NCBI GenBank assembly: GCA_964545425.1
Contig: CAZJGQ010000002.1
Span: 1 to 50,198 of the forward strand
DNA: 50,198 nucleotides
Reading direction: 5' to 3'
Source: an uncultured Chthoniobacter sp.
Lineage (GTDB): Bacteria; Verrucomicrobiota; Verrucomicrobiia; Chthoniobacterales; JACTMZ01
Positions within the stretch are counted from its first letter, which is position 1. Each line of letters begins with the position of its first letter. This document shows positions 25,663-35,444 of this stretch, piece after piece. The translations under genes and the position numbers were made by a program. The notes under the pieces were generated by a model, which had not been told where the DNA came from, did not search any database, and saw only the letters and a list, made by a program, of their open reading frames with translations.

Positions 25663-26075
25663 GGATCTTTCTCGACAGCAGCACGGCTTTGGCAGCCGCG
25701 CTCTCGGCGACCGGCGCCTCGCGGCAGGTTTTCGACCTGGCCCCTTCGTAAGGCTGGGAGTTGCGCGTATCGCCCTGGGTGCTGCGCGAAATGCAAGACA
25801 ACCTCGGCGACAAGCCGCAAGCTTCGGTGGATGCTTGGCTGGCTCTGCGCAGGAAGGTCATCGTCGAGGATGATGTGCTGACCTTCGACTGGCCGCTGGT
25901 TTTCAATGTGACTAAAGACAAGCCGGTCCTCTGCACCGCGCTGGCCTGCGCCGATGTCTTGCTCACCCTCGACCGCCGCGACTTCGGCTCCCTTCTCGGG
26001 CAGACTGTGTATGACTTGCTCATCCAAACGCCCGGCGAGTTTCTCCGTATCGAGCGCGAAGCCGGACGAATCTGA
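25659..26075 (+). pseudogene. PIN-domain toxin interrupted by an in-frame TAA
   Basis: TTG at 25659 gives RIFLDSSTALAAALSATGASRQVFDLAPS, then TAA at 25749-25751. The same frame continues GWELRVSPWVLREM..DKPVLCTALACADVLLTLDRRDF. Confidence 0.6.
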
Positions 26076-26103
26076 TCGGCCGCCGAAGGTATATTTCTTT
26101 GTC

Positions 26104-26211
26104 GTCACCCGCCGACTCCACCGTCGAGGTCGGAAAGTCATCCGCATCTGGCAGTATTCGCCGAAGAAATCCCCCGCAGCCTGCCTCACCCTGATGGCTG
26201 CGCGTTTATGA
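26104..26211 (+). pseudogene. 3'-terminal remnant of a second vsr gene
   Basis: It translates to VTRRLHRRGRKVIRIWQYSPKKSPAACL, versus intact Vsr VTRKLRRQGWKVIRIWQHSLQKSPSTCL. The 22-nt stretch GGAAAGTCATCCGCATCTGGCA is identical (19384-19405 vs 26133-26154). Confidence 0.75.
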
Positions 26212-26223
26212 CCCTCATGAGCC

Positions 26224-29200
26224 TTGTTGTTTGAGGGGCGACCCATCATCAATACTGCGCGGACCACACCCCGGCCCGCTTTTGCCGTGAAGAAACGCCC
26301 GAACAGAGAAACTGACCCCACCGTCGGCCACCGGATCAAGGTGGTGCCGCACCGGGATTTCGATGCGTTGCTCGATGCTTTTCTGGCCGGTATGCGGGGG
26401 CGCGAGCCTTCCGTGCGGCCGCAGACGGTCATCATCCCTTCGATACCGTTCAGCGACCATTTGCAGCGGCGCGTGGCCGATCGCACCGGCATCTGCATGG
26501 GTTTCGATTTTGTCATGCCCCAGACGTTCGTCGGCCGGGTCATCCGCCCGGACGCCAAACGGGGCGAAAGCGATTGGTCCAAGCGCCGGCTCCTCTGGCT
26601 GGTCTACCCGCATGTGCGCGCTTACGAAGAAAGCGTCGGGCTGCATGATCCTTCCTGCCGCGACCGCTTGGCTTTGGCCGGTTTGCTTGCCGACCAGATG
26701 GACCAATACGCGCACTACCGCCCGGACATGATCCGCGCCTGGGCCAAGGGGAAGAGCGGACTGCCGGACGGCGCGACAAAAGAGGATCGCGACAACGAGA
26801 AATGGCAGCGCGAATTGTGGGAAAAACTGAGGGATTCCACAGATCAACCGCACCCCGCTCTGGAGGTCGAGAGACTTCTAAAGGACAAAAAGGCACTCGC
26901 CGCCCTGCGCGAACGCTATCCGCGCCTTGTCGTCATCGGCACCGGCTCGATCGACCCTCTGCTCGTCGAAATCCTGCAACTTCTCGCCCGGGCCGGTTCG
27001 CTGATCGAGGTGCATGTCGTGCTCCCGTCGATGCACTTCCTCGGCGATCTGCGGCGCCGCAAGAAATTGCCGGCAAGAGATGCCGCGCCGGACGACATCA
27101 CCGACGGAGCCGGACATGACCTTCTCGCTTCGATGGGGCGCCACGCCATCGGGTCTTTTGTCCTCCTCGGTGAACTCGACGAGCAATACGGGGGGTGGGA
27201 CACGCTGCCCGATGACGAAGAGAACGGAGCGCCCCAGGGCGTGCTGGCCCGCTTGCAAGCGGACATCCGCGCGCTGCGCGATACCGAGCCCGGAAAAACG
27301 AAGGACGATGCGAGCATTCGCGTGCATGCCTGCTACGGCGTGCGCCGCGAGACGGAAACAATCCGAGACGAAATTTTCCGCGCATTCTCCGAGTTGGAGA
27401 ATTTGCAACCTGACGAAGTGCACATCGTCGCACCTTCGCTCGAGCCCTACCGTCCTTTGGTTCCCGCCGTGTTGCGCGCCGCTCCGGGCGGAGCGGCGCG
27501 CGGTTTGCCCATCCGTCTGACCGAGTCGGCTCCCTCCGAGGGAGATTCCACGGTGGAAGGTTTGCTCGCTCTGCTCGAGATGGCGCGTTTGGGACGTTTC
27601 GAGACCAGCAACCTGCTCGAGTTGCTCGCGTTGCGCGCGGTTCGCGCCGCTCTTGGCACCAAGGATGACGACAAACTGCTGGAACGGCTTCGCGATTGGG
27701 TCAAAGCGAGCGGCGCGACGAGCGGTCTGGGAGAAGCCAAGGAGCAAGGCTCATGGTCCAACGGACGCAGCCGTCTCGTGGCCGGCCGATGGCTCGGGAG
27801 TGATGCCGACGCGCGCTATCCCGACAAGCGCTATGTCCTGCCGGTGGCCGACGGCCTCGGTGGAGAAGAGGAATTGATGGAAAAGTTTGTCGCCTGGCAC
27901 GCGCATCTCGAGCGCCTGATGCACGCATGGCAGAAACCGGAGACGCGGGCAAAGTGGCAGGAGCGCCTGCTCGAAGCGTGCCGCCTTCTCCTCGGTGCGG
28001 ACGATGATGCAAGGATCGAGGCACAGAAACATTTCGATGTGCTCGAGGCAAAGGGCTGCGAGGAACCGCTCGATGCCGGGGCGGTCGGGGATTGGCTGTC
28101 CGACGAATCGGCGGAACGTGCGCGGCGTGCTTCCAGCTGGGGCGGGATCACCTTCGGCCGCCTCAAACAGTTGCAGCATATTCCCTGCCGCGTGCTCGTC
28201 ATGGCCGGCATGGAGGACGACAAATTTCCCGGATCGCACAAGGCGCCGGCTTGGGATCTCCTGCGCTGCGATCCCCGGGTATGGGACCGCAACGCGCGGG
28301 TCGACGACCGGCAACTTTTCCTCGACGCCTTGCTCGGCGCGACGGACCGCATCGTTATCACCGCGGGGGTGCGCAATCCGCGCACGCTGAAAGAGCGCCC
28401 GTTTTCTTCCTGCGTCGACGAGTTGCTGCGCGTGCTCGAGCGGATGGGCCTGACTCGCGGGGAGATCGTGGCGAGGCATCCGTTGCAGCCTTTTTCACCG
28501 CGCTACTTCCGCGAGGACCGGGCAAGCGGGGAGACGAAGCCTCCGCCGACGTTCGACCGGGCCGCGCGCGCACTCGCCGACAAGCTGGCGCGACCTGAAA
28601 AAGATGTGCCGGTGCCTTTCTATGACAAATCCGAGGATGCTTCGGAAGAAGGCATCGCCACGTTGGAAATCGCAGCTTTGGCCAAATTCTGGAAGGACCC
28701 GGCCAAAGCGTTTTTGGCTGTCCATGACATCACCGCGGATGACACAACCGGGCGCGACGAGGATTTGGATCGTTTTCCGATCGAGGCGGACGGTCTGCAG
28801 CGTTGGTCGATGAAGGACGCCATCGTCCGGGAGGTTGTCTTCGGCGAGGGTAATTTGGAACGCGTCGCGGCCGAGTTGCGCGGCCGGCGTCTCATGCCGC
28901 CGGGTTACTTTGCCAAGGATTTGCACAGTCCGTATTTCCGCAAAACGCTGGATATGGCAATGGCTCTGGCCGAAGTCGCCGGCGAACCGCAACCTCTGCG
29001 CGTCGCCGCGTGGGAAGGCGGCCCGTTTGTCACGGGATCGGTGACGGTGTCGAAAGATGAAAAACATCTCCTCGCCTGGCGTCCGGGCGGGCTGGAATAC
29101 GCGAGTCATTACCTCGAGCCATGGATCGCCGCCGTGGTCGCGGCGTGCAGTGGATGGACTCTGCCCACGCTCGTGTTCACCGAGGGTATGAAGCCGACAG

Positions 29201-29544
29201 AGCGGGAGGCTATTCCAGGCGAGAAGGCCAAGATCCTGCTCGGCAATCTCGTGCGCGGATACGCGGCGGGACGCCGGCGACCGCTCACTTACGCACCGCG
29301 CTTGTCGCACGAACACGCCAAAGCGCTGGCCGAGGGGACACCCTCAGGCTCGCCGGCCCTACACAAAGCATTGGAGAAAGCCCAGTGGCTCCGCAATTTC
29401 CGGTCGTCGGACAAGCCGGGCAGCGCGAAACCCGCCTTCCGGATGGCGTGGCGCGACCGCGATCCTTACGAGGATCCCGCGGCGTGGGAGAAATGGACGG
29501 AGCTTATCGCCGCGCCTTTGGCCGAATGGGGGAAGTTTCGATGA
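26224..29544 (+). CDS. recC: Exodeoxyribonuclease V gamma subunit
   Basis: About 1100 aa, immediately upstream of and overlapping (ATGA) recB. The N-terminal IIPSIPFSDHLQRRVADRTGICMGFDFVMPQTF is RecC-like. The true start is probably downstream of the TTG at 26224. Confidence 0.8.
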   Translation: MLFEGRPIINTARTTPRPAFAVKKRPNRETDPTVGHRIKVVPHRDFDALLDAFLAGMRGREPSVRPQTVIIPSIPFSDHLQRRVADRTGICMGFDFVMPQTFVGRVIRPDAKRGESDWSKRRLLWLVYPHVRAYEESVGLHDPSCRDRLALAGLLADQMDQYAHYRPDMIRAWAKGKSGLPDGATKEDRDNEKWQRELWEKLRDSTDQPHPALEVERLLKDKKALAALRERYPRLVVIGTGSIDPLLVEILQLLARAGSLIEVHVVLPSMHFLGDLRRRKKLPARDAAPDDITDGAGHDLLASMGRHAIGSFVLLGELDEQYGGWDTLPDDEENGAPQGVLARLQADIRALRDTEPGKTKDDASIRVHACYGVRRETETIRDEIFRAFSELENLQPDEVHIVAPSLEPYRPLVPAVLRAAPGGAARGLPIRLTESAPSEGDSTVEGLLALLEMARLGRFETSNLLELLALRAVRAALGTKDDDKLLERLRDWVKASGATSGLGEAKEQGSWSNGRSRLVAGRWLGSDADARYPDKRYVLPVADGLGGEEELMEKFVAWHAHLERLMHAWQKPETRAKWQERLLEACRLLLGADDDARIEAQKHFDVLEAKGCEEPLDAGAVGDWLSDESAERARRASSWGGITFGRLKQLQHIPCRVLVMAGMEDDKFPGSHKAPAWDLLRCDPRVWDRNARVDDRQLFLDALLGATDRIVITAGVRNPRTLKERPFSSCVDELLRVLERMGLTRGEIVARHPLQPFSPRYFREDRASGETKPPPTFDRAARALADKLARPEKDVPVPFYDKSEDASEEGIATLEIAALAKFWKDPAKAFLAVHDITADDTTGRDEDLDRFPIEADGLQRWSMKDAIVREVVFGEGNLERVAAELRGRRLMPPGYFAKDLHSPYFRKTLDMAMALAEVAGEPQPLRVAAWEGGPFVTGSVTVSKDEKHLLAWRPGGLEYASHYLEPWIAAVVAACSGWTLPTLVFTEGMKPTEREAIPGEKAKILLGNLVRGYAAGRRRPLTYAPRLSHEHAKALAEGTPSGSPALHKALEKAQWLRNFRSSDKPGSAKPAFRMAWRDRDPYEDPAAWEKWTELIAAPLAEWGKFR

Positions 29545-32500
29545 GCGAATTCAAACTGGCCGAAACGAGGATCAAACCGGGCTTGTCGGTCATCGAGGCC
29601 AGCGCCGGCACCGGCAAAACATACACCGTGACGCACCTTGTCCCGCGATTGCTCCTCGAGGGAACGGTGGAAAAAATCGAACACATCCTGTTGGTGACCT
29701 ACACCAACGATGCGGCGGGGGAACTGGCCGAAAAAGTGCGCGCCGTCCTCGAAAAACTCCACGCTCCCGCGGCCGGCGACGAAGCGGAAACAAATCCCGA
29801 CCTCCACGCCATCCGCGTCGAGCACGGGGAAAGAATCCCCGAGGTGATCGGACGCGCACTCCTCGATATCGACCGGCTCAAGGTGTCAACTATCCACTCC
29901 TTCTGCCTGCGCGTCCTGCAGGACGAAGGCGCGCTCTGCGGCCTGCCGGTCATTCCGGAAATCGTTCCGGACATCGGCGAGTCGGTCGAGGCGGCGGTGC
30001 GCGATTGCTGGGAGACGAAGCTGGTGAGGGACGAGCGTCTTGCCGCCTTCGCGCTGGCGGAAAAGTGGAAGATCGAAGAAGATCTGGACCTCGCTTTGAT
30101 GGCCGCCGGCCATGACGAATATGTTTTTGATCCGGAGCCCCGTAATCTCGGGGAAGTTCTCGCGGCGATCGAGGACCGACGAGCAGCCTTGAGCAAGGAG
30201 TCCCTCGAAGAGCTGGGCAAATTCATCGCGCAAGTCCCCGATGATCTGTGGAATGCAAGCGCCGGGGATAAAGACAGCCGCAACGCGCACGTGGCCAATC
30301 TTCCGGCGTCAGCGTCCATGGCCGATTGGTTGGCGGCAGTGCAGTGGGTCTCATGCTTGCCGCGCAAAAGCAAGGGACTCATCAACGGCGTCAAGACCGC
30401 CGGAAAGGCGTCTATCACCGAAGCCGCCGCGTTGTCCGCGGTGAAAATCGCGAGTGAAGCCGCCGCTTTGGCCGGTGAAATCAAATGGGCCTGGCAAACA
30501 CACTGCGTGCGCGAAGCGACGCAAAACTCGCGCGCGCGGATGGAGGCCGACCGCCGTATCACCTACGACGGATTGATCTCGCGCGTGCGCCATGCGCTGT
30601 GCGACAGCCCGCACCCGAACGAACTCGTGCGCCGCCTGCGGGAGCGCTACAAAGTGGCGCTGGTCGACGAGTCGCAAGACACCGATCCGCGTCAATTCGA
30701 CATCTTCCGGACGATTTTTCTCGGGTCGCCGGGTCATGACGCGACCAAGTCGCATCGCCTTGTCTTGGTCGGCGATCCGAAGCAGGCGATCTACGCTTTC
30801 CGGGGCGCCGACTTGAACACATACCTTCAAGCGAGGAACGGGGCGCATGGCGACCAGGTCTTCACGCTCAGTCGCACCTTCCGCGCTCCCCCCAAGCTGG
30901 TCCGCGCGACCAACGCGTTCTTCACGCGCGATGGATCATTCCTCAATCCCGAGATCCGCATGCAACCGGCCACCGCGGGCCGTCCGGACGACGTGTTCCT
31001 CGATGAAGGCGCCGGTGCGGATAGGCCGCGCATCGAGGTGTGGCTCGTCGAAGAAGCGGACGGAGGTCATTACGAGAACGCCGCGGAACGATCCGACAAT
31101 CTGGCCAAAGGTGTCGCCGTGAAGATAGCGAGCCTTTTGCAAAGCCGCGCCGTCATCGCCGAGACGAGAGACGGGAAGACGAGTATGAAAACAGTGGAGC
31201 CCGGTGACTTCGCCGTGCTGGTCAATTCGAACCACGAGGCCAGGAAGGTCCGTGATGCGCTCGGAGCGGCCGGCGTTCCCTCCGTGACCGCCGCAGGAAT
31301 GGATATCATGGGCAGCGAGGAAGCCGCGGATTTGATCGCCGTGCTGCAGGCCTTGACCGATCCGCGCCGGCGGAAACTCCGCTTTGGCGCACTGGCCACG
31401 CGTCTGCTCGGACGCACGGCGTCGCAGTTGCGCGAAATCGGACGGACCGAAGACGCCATGCTCGGGGTCTTCGACCGCTGGAGCAAAATTCTCGCGAACG
31501 AAGGCGTGGCGGCCGCGGTCGCCGCGATCGACGCGGACGAACGTGTGAGCGAAAGATTGGCCGCGACGGACGGGGGCGAGCGTCGCCTGACCAACCTGAG
31601 GCAACTGACCGACCTGCTGCAGCGCGAGTATGAACTGCACGGCAAACATGCCGCGCGCATGCTGCGCTGGGCCGCGAAGGAGAAAGAGGATGCGACCGAA
31701 CACTCGCGCACCGGGGTGGAGGAGAGACAGCAGCAACTGGAGAGCGATGCGCGCGCGGTGAAAATCGCAACCATGCATTCGGCCAAAGGATTGGAGTTCC
31801 CGCTGGTGTTTTGTCCGTTTCTCTGGAACCGCGGCGCGGGCGCGCGCGGCGAGCGTTTCCGAAAATTCATGCCGGAGCCGGGTGTGGTGAAGCTGGTCAA
31901 TCTGGACAAGTGCGATCCCGCGACCGAGGTCGCGATGGACAAAGCACGGTTCGAAGAGCGGCTTCGCCTCGCTTACGTGGCCATGACACGCGCCCGGGTG
32001 AAGTTGTGGATTCATGCCGGTGCGGCCGGGGAGACGGGACCAAAAACAGCAACAGCTCTCGATTGGCTCCTGCGTCGTGACGGTGAAACATCCCTCGAGG
32101 ACGTGAGCGCGGAAGACAAAGCTGCCGGCCGCGACCAAAGGCAGAAAACGGGATTGGCGAGTTTGATCGGAACCGGTGGTGCTGCCGACGTCCTTGCCGA
32201 TACGGGCGCCCCTTCGTTGCAACATGCCGTTTGGGGTGGCGGCGCGGACCATGCGGGGCCATTGGCCGATGCCGAGCCGGCGCCGGTGATACCCGAAACG
32301 TGGGCTATGACATCGTTTTCCTCGCTCACGAGGGAAAAAAACCCGAAGGGAGACGATGCACCGCCGCAGCTCGGGGGCGACGAGACCGAACCAACCGCGA
32401 CCGCGCCGGCCAACGCCTTCCTCGATGCTCCGGCCGGCGCCTTGGTGGGCACGGCCATCCACGATTGGATGGAGACTTGGGATTTCTCGGCGCCCCGGGC

Positions 32501-33134
32501 GGCTGCGGTGAAAGAACACCTGCGGCATTACGCGCTTGCCGCTCCGAAAGAAGGCGCATCGTGGCCGGAGCGGGTGGTTTCCATGCTGGGCGATTTGCGC
32601 GGATCCAGACTGCCGGGCTTCGATTGCATCATGGCCGAAGCGTGCGCCGAGCCCGGCGCATCCGAATGGCATTTCCAACTTCCGCTCGAGACAAGAATCA
32701 GCCCGAAGAAACTCGCCGACATTTTCGCGCGGCACGGGGAAGAAGATTATGCCGCTCTCCTCGAGACTTTGCCCGAAGCGGAACTGGAAGGTTACCTCCA
32801 CGGATTCATCGACCGCATGGCCGTGGATCCGCAGACACAGAAGTGGGGTGTGATCGACTGGAAGACAAACAAACTGGGGACAAGCGCCGCCGCCCACCGG
32901 AAACAATCTTCGCTGCTGCGTTGCGCGAAACGCAGCCATTACTTCCTGCAGATGCATCTTTATCTGGTGGCCCTGCGCAGGTTTCTCGGACCGGCGGCCG
33001 CACCCGACGACGCGTGGCTCGTTTTTCTGCGCGGCGTGCGCGACGGAACCGCCGACGGTATCCTGCACATCAAGCCCTCGGAGGAGCTGCTCCGCGACCT
33101 CGGGAATCTTTTCCGCATCGTCCGAACATCATGA
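29541..33134 (+). CDS. recB: Exodeoxyribonuclease V beta subunit (UvrD-like helicase plus PD-(D/E)xK nuclease)
   Basis: IEASAGTGKTYT, VALVDESQDTDPRQF, the C-terminal nuclease motif GFIDRM..VIDWKTNK, and YFLQMHLY. Confidence 0.93.
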   Translation: MSEFKLAETRIKPGLSVIEASAGTGKTYTVTHLVPRLLLEGTVEKIEHILLVTYTNDAAGELAEKVRAVLEKLHAPAAGDEAETNPDLHAIRVEHGERIPEVIGRALLDIDRLKVSTIHSFCLRVLQDEGALCGLPVIPEIVPDIGESVEAAVRDCWETKLVRDERLAAFALAEKWKIEEDLDLALMAAGHDEYVFDPEPRNLGEVLAAIEDRRAALSKESLEELGKFIAQVPDDLWNASAGDKDSRNAHVANLPASASMADWLAAVQWVSCLPRKSKGLINGVKTAGKASITEAAALSAVKIASEAAALAGEIKWAWQTHCVREATQNSRARMEADRRITYDGLISRVRHALCDSPHPNELVRRLRERYKVALVDESQDTDPRQFDIFRTIFLGSPGHDATKSHRLVLVGDPKQAIYAFRGADLNTYLQARNGAHGDQVFTLSRTFRAPPKLVRATNAFFTRDGSFLNPEIRMQPATAGRPDDVFLDEGAGADRPRIEVWLVEEADGGHYENAAERSDNLAKGVAVKIASLLQSRAVIAETRDGKTSMKTVEPGDFAVLVNSNHEARKVRDALGAAGVPSVTAAGMDIMGSEEAADLIAVLQALTDPRRRKLRFGALATRLLGRTASQLREIGRTEDAMLGVFDRWSKILANEGVAAAVAAIDADERVSERLAATDGGERRLTNLRQLTDLLQREYELHGKHAARMLRWAAKEKEDATEHSRTGVEERQQQLESDARAVKIATMHSAKGLEFPLVFCPFLWNRGAGARGERFRKFMPEPGVVKLVNLDKCDPATEVAMDKARFEERLRLAYVAMTRARVKLWIHAGAAGETGPKTATALDWLLRRDGETSLEDVSAEDKAAGRDQRQKTGLASLIGTGGAADVLADTGAPSLQHAVWGGGADHAGPLADAEPAPVIPETWAMTSFSSLTREKNPKGDDAPPQLGGDETEPTATAPANAFLDAPAGALVGTAIHDWMETWDFSAPRAAAVKEHLRHYALAAPKEGASWPERVVSMLGDLRGSRLPGFDCIMAEACAEPGASEWHFQLPLETRISPKKLADIFARHGEEDYAALLETLPEAELEGYLHGFIDRMAVDPQTQKWGVIDWKTNKLGTSAAAHRKQSSLLRCAKRSHYFLQMHLYLVALRRFLGPAAAPDDAWLVFLRGVRDGTADGILHIKPSEELLRDLGNLFRIVRTS

Positions 33135-34768
33135 AGCGCCCGGAACTCCAATGGCTCGAAGACAACTGGAGCTTGCCGAAGACGGCTGCTCCGCTCGTCG
33201 AGAAATTGCTCGAAGCCGAGGCGCTAGGGAGCACGGCGTGTCCTCTCGAGGAACGTGTCGACTTCGGCACCGCCGCATCGCGGCCGGATGACAACGCGCC
33301 GACGCCTTTGGTGTTGGTCAAGCAGGACGGTCGCGAGTATCTGCAATCCCGCCGGCTTTTCGCGGCGGAACAAGCCATCGCGGGAAAGCTCGCAACTCTG
33401 GCTGCGGAGAAAGACGAGCCCTGCGACGAAAAGGAACTGGCCTGTGTTTTTCCCGGCGCCGCAGCCGGCGACCGGCAAATGCTTGCGGCAGCATCCGCCC
33501 TGCGCCGGCGTCTGACCGTCATCACCGGAGGACCCGGCACGGGCAAAACTTATACCATCGCGCGCATCCTCGCCCTGCTCGTCGCCCGCGGCATTGATCC
33601 CGCCGATATCGCGCTCTCTGCACCGACGGGCAAAGCCGCCGATCGCATGCGCGCCGCCGTGACCGCATCGCTGGACACGTTACCGAAGAATTTTCCCGTT
33701 GCCGGTGAGAGCTTGGCCAAAATCGCTGCCTCGAGCCGCACGCTGCATTCTCTGCTCGGACATCATCCGGGCAAGGGGACATGCGAATTCAACGGGGACA
33801 ACCGCCTGCCGTGCCGCGTTTTCGTCATCGACGAATGTTCGATGGTCGACGTCCATCTCTGGCGTGCCGTGGTCGAAGCTCTGCCGGACGATGCGAAAGT
33901 CATCCTCGTCGGCGACCCGGACCAATTGGAGAGTGTGGGAACCGGAAACGTTTTCACGGAACTGGTGCGCTTGTCTCTTGCCGCGGACAGCCCGCTTTCC
34001 GGCGCCGCTGTGCAACTGACCGAGGCCCGCCGTTTCAAAGACTGCCCGGACATCGCGGAACTGGCCGCGGCGATCCGCGACAACGATGCCGGTGCGGCAG
34101 CCGCTTTGCTCTCCCGATGCAAGGGAGCGGACGGTTCCACGGGTGTTTCATGGCTCGACTCGGGAAACGGCGAACTCGAGGCGGGAAATTTCCCCGGAAA
34201 GGTCAAGGATGCCTTGGCCGCGGTCGCCGGTGCCGGCACCGCTGAGCAGGCTCTCGACATGTTGCAAGAGGTCTGTGTGCTCACCGCGCAAAGACGTTTC
34301 TTTGTCGGTGCGCGCGCCACAGGAGAGAAAATCGAACGTTGGCTGCGCCGTCGCGGGGAGATCGTGAACCAAGCGGTGATCATCGACGTGAACGATCGCG
34401 GCACCGGACTGCGCAACGGGGCGGTGGGCGTCATCCGGCGCGAACCCGACGGATCCCGGCGTTTTCACAGCCGCTCCGCGGCCGGGGAAACCAGATCCTA
34501 CGCGTTGGCACAGTTGCCCGAGCACAGCCCGGCATGGGCCATCACCATCCACCGCTCGCAAGGCAGCGAATATGACGATGTGCTCGTCATTCTCCCGCGC
34601 GAGGAAAGCCCGCTGGCCACGCGCGAACTTCTCTACACGGCGATCACCCGGGCAAAGAAACGCGTTTACGTCGCCGGCACGATGGATGCGGTGAAGAAAG
34701 CGGTGGAAACACCGGCCAAGCGGATAACGTTGTTGTCATCCGCGCTCGACCGCGCTGTCTCGGCCTGA
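33131..34768 (+). CDS. recD: Exodeoxyribonuclease V alpha subunit
   Basis: ITGGPGTGKTYTIARI, VFVIDECSMVD, ILVGDPDQL, ITIHRSQGSEYDDV. ATGA overlap with recB. Confidence 0.93.
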   Translation: MKRPELQWLEDNWSLPKTAAPLVEKLLEAEALGSTACPLEERVDFGTAASRPDDNAPTPLVLVKQDGREYLQSRRLFAAEQAIAGKLATLAAEKDEPCDEKELACVFPGAAAGDRQMLAAASALRRRLTVITGGPGTGKTYTIARILALLVARGIDPADIALSAPTGKAADRMRAAVTASLDTLPKNFPVAGESLAKIAASSRTLHSLLGHHPGKGTCEFNGDNRLPCRVFVIDECSMVDVHLWRAVVEALPDDAKVILVGDPDQLESVGTGNVFTELVRLSLAADSPLSGAAVQLTEARRFKDCPDIAELAAAIRDNDAGAAAALLSRCKGADGSTGVSWLDSGNGELEAGNFPGKVKDALAAVAGAGTAEQALDMLQEVCVLTAQRRFFVGARATGEKIERWLRRRGEIVNQAVIIDVNDRGTGLRNGAVGVIRREPDGSRRFHSRSAAGETRSYALAQLPEHSPAWAITIHRSQGSEYDDVLVILPREESPLATRELLYTAITRAKKRVYVAGTMDAVKKAVETPAKRITLLSSALDRAVSA

Positions 34769-34781
34769 CGCCCGGGCGTCA
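34766..34781. other. Perfect 16-bp palindrome TGACGCCCGGGCGTCA containing both convergent stop codons
   Basis: The recD TGA (34766-34768) and the minus-strand TGA (34779-34781) form the palindrome ends. There is no U-tract, so it is not a classical intrinsic terminator. Confidence 0.5.
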
Positions 34782-35444
34782 GACCATCCGCGCCAGTTCG
34801 AGGCGCCTGGCGAAGTCGGCTTTGATCCAATGCAGGATGCGGACCGAGGATTCGTTGCAGATCATGGCGACATCCTCCGCAGCGATTCCCTGCGCGAACG
34901 CCGTCAAGTGGCAGTGCACGTAGGCGTGCCGCAGGGCGGAAGCGTAGTAGATCACTTTCCAGACGTTGCCCTCTTGGAAGCGGTCCAGCGCGTTTTTGTG
35001 TTTCTCCTCGATAAGGAAAGCCCGGAGGAATTTGTAGAGCTTACGGTCGGGATCGCGGCGCTTGATCGTCTGTCCCAGCATGGAGACCTCGTTTTTCGGC
35101 ACGTGCTCGAAGAACTCGCGGTAGGGATGGTGGATGCGGGCCAGAGCCAGGTAGCGCTCGAAAACCGACCAAGCCAGGAAGATGCGGGTCAGTCCGCTGT
35201 AGCCCTTTCTCGTCTCGGCGCCGAAACCTTCCAGGTCGACGTTGCGGAAGCGGAGCGCCATGCGGTAGCGGTGGGCGAAACGGTAGAACTCGAATTTCTC
35301 CCCCTTGAACCCGAGCGGTGCGAGCGAGTCGCCGTTCTTCTTGATGACTTTGCGCGCCTCGACGAATCCCGGCAGCGCTTCGTCGAGGTATTTCAAATCG
35401 GACGGCACAGCGGCGGGTATAATTGAGCAAGGAGCGGGGAGCAA
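34779..35444 (-). CDS. hypothetical protein with a possible HEPN-type Rx4H motif
   Basis: Up to 221 aa with an uncertain start (TTG 35444 or GTG 35408). ASALRHAYVHCHLT contains R-x4-H. Confidence 0.5.
   Translation of the reverse strand: MLPAPCSIIPAAVPSDLKYLDEALPGFVEARKVIKKNGDSLAPLGFKGEKFEFYRFAHRYRMALRFRNVDLEGFGAETRKGYSGLTRIFLAWSVFERYLALARIHHPYREFFEHVPKNEVSMLGQTIKRRDPDRKLYKFLRAFLIEEKHKNALDRFQEGNVWKVIYYASALRHAYVHCHLTAFAQGIAAEDVAMICNESSVRILHWIKADFARRLELARMV

Noticed and set aside
29121-29540. N-terminal over-extensions in the ORF track: recB from 29121, recD from 32231, vsr from 18771, PIN from 8519, HARE-HTH from 6479 and the exonuclease from 48088 (through the tRNA)
   Set aside because: The extended parts overlap the preceding gene or the tRNA and translate to Arg-rich nonsense. 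Internal ATGs with ATGA coupling or an RBS give proteins that start at the conserved N-termini.
30936-33068. 710-aa minus-strand ORF antisense to recB (with similar ones at 29699-30562 and 31070-31942)
   Set aside because: recB motifs on the plus strand are unambiguous, and the antisense translations are low-complexity.
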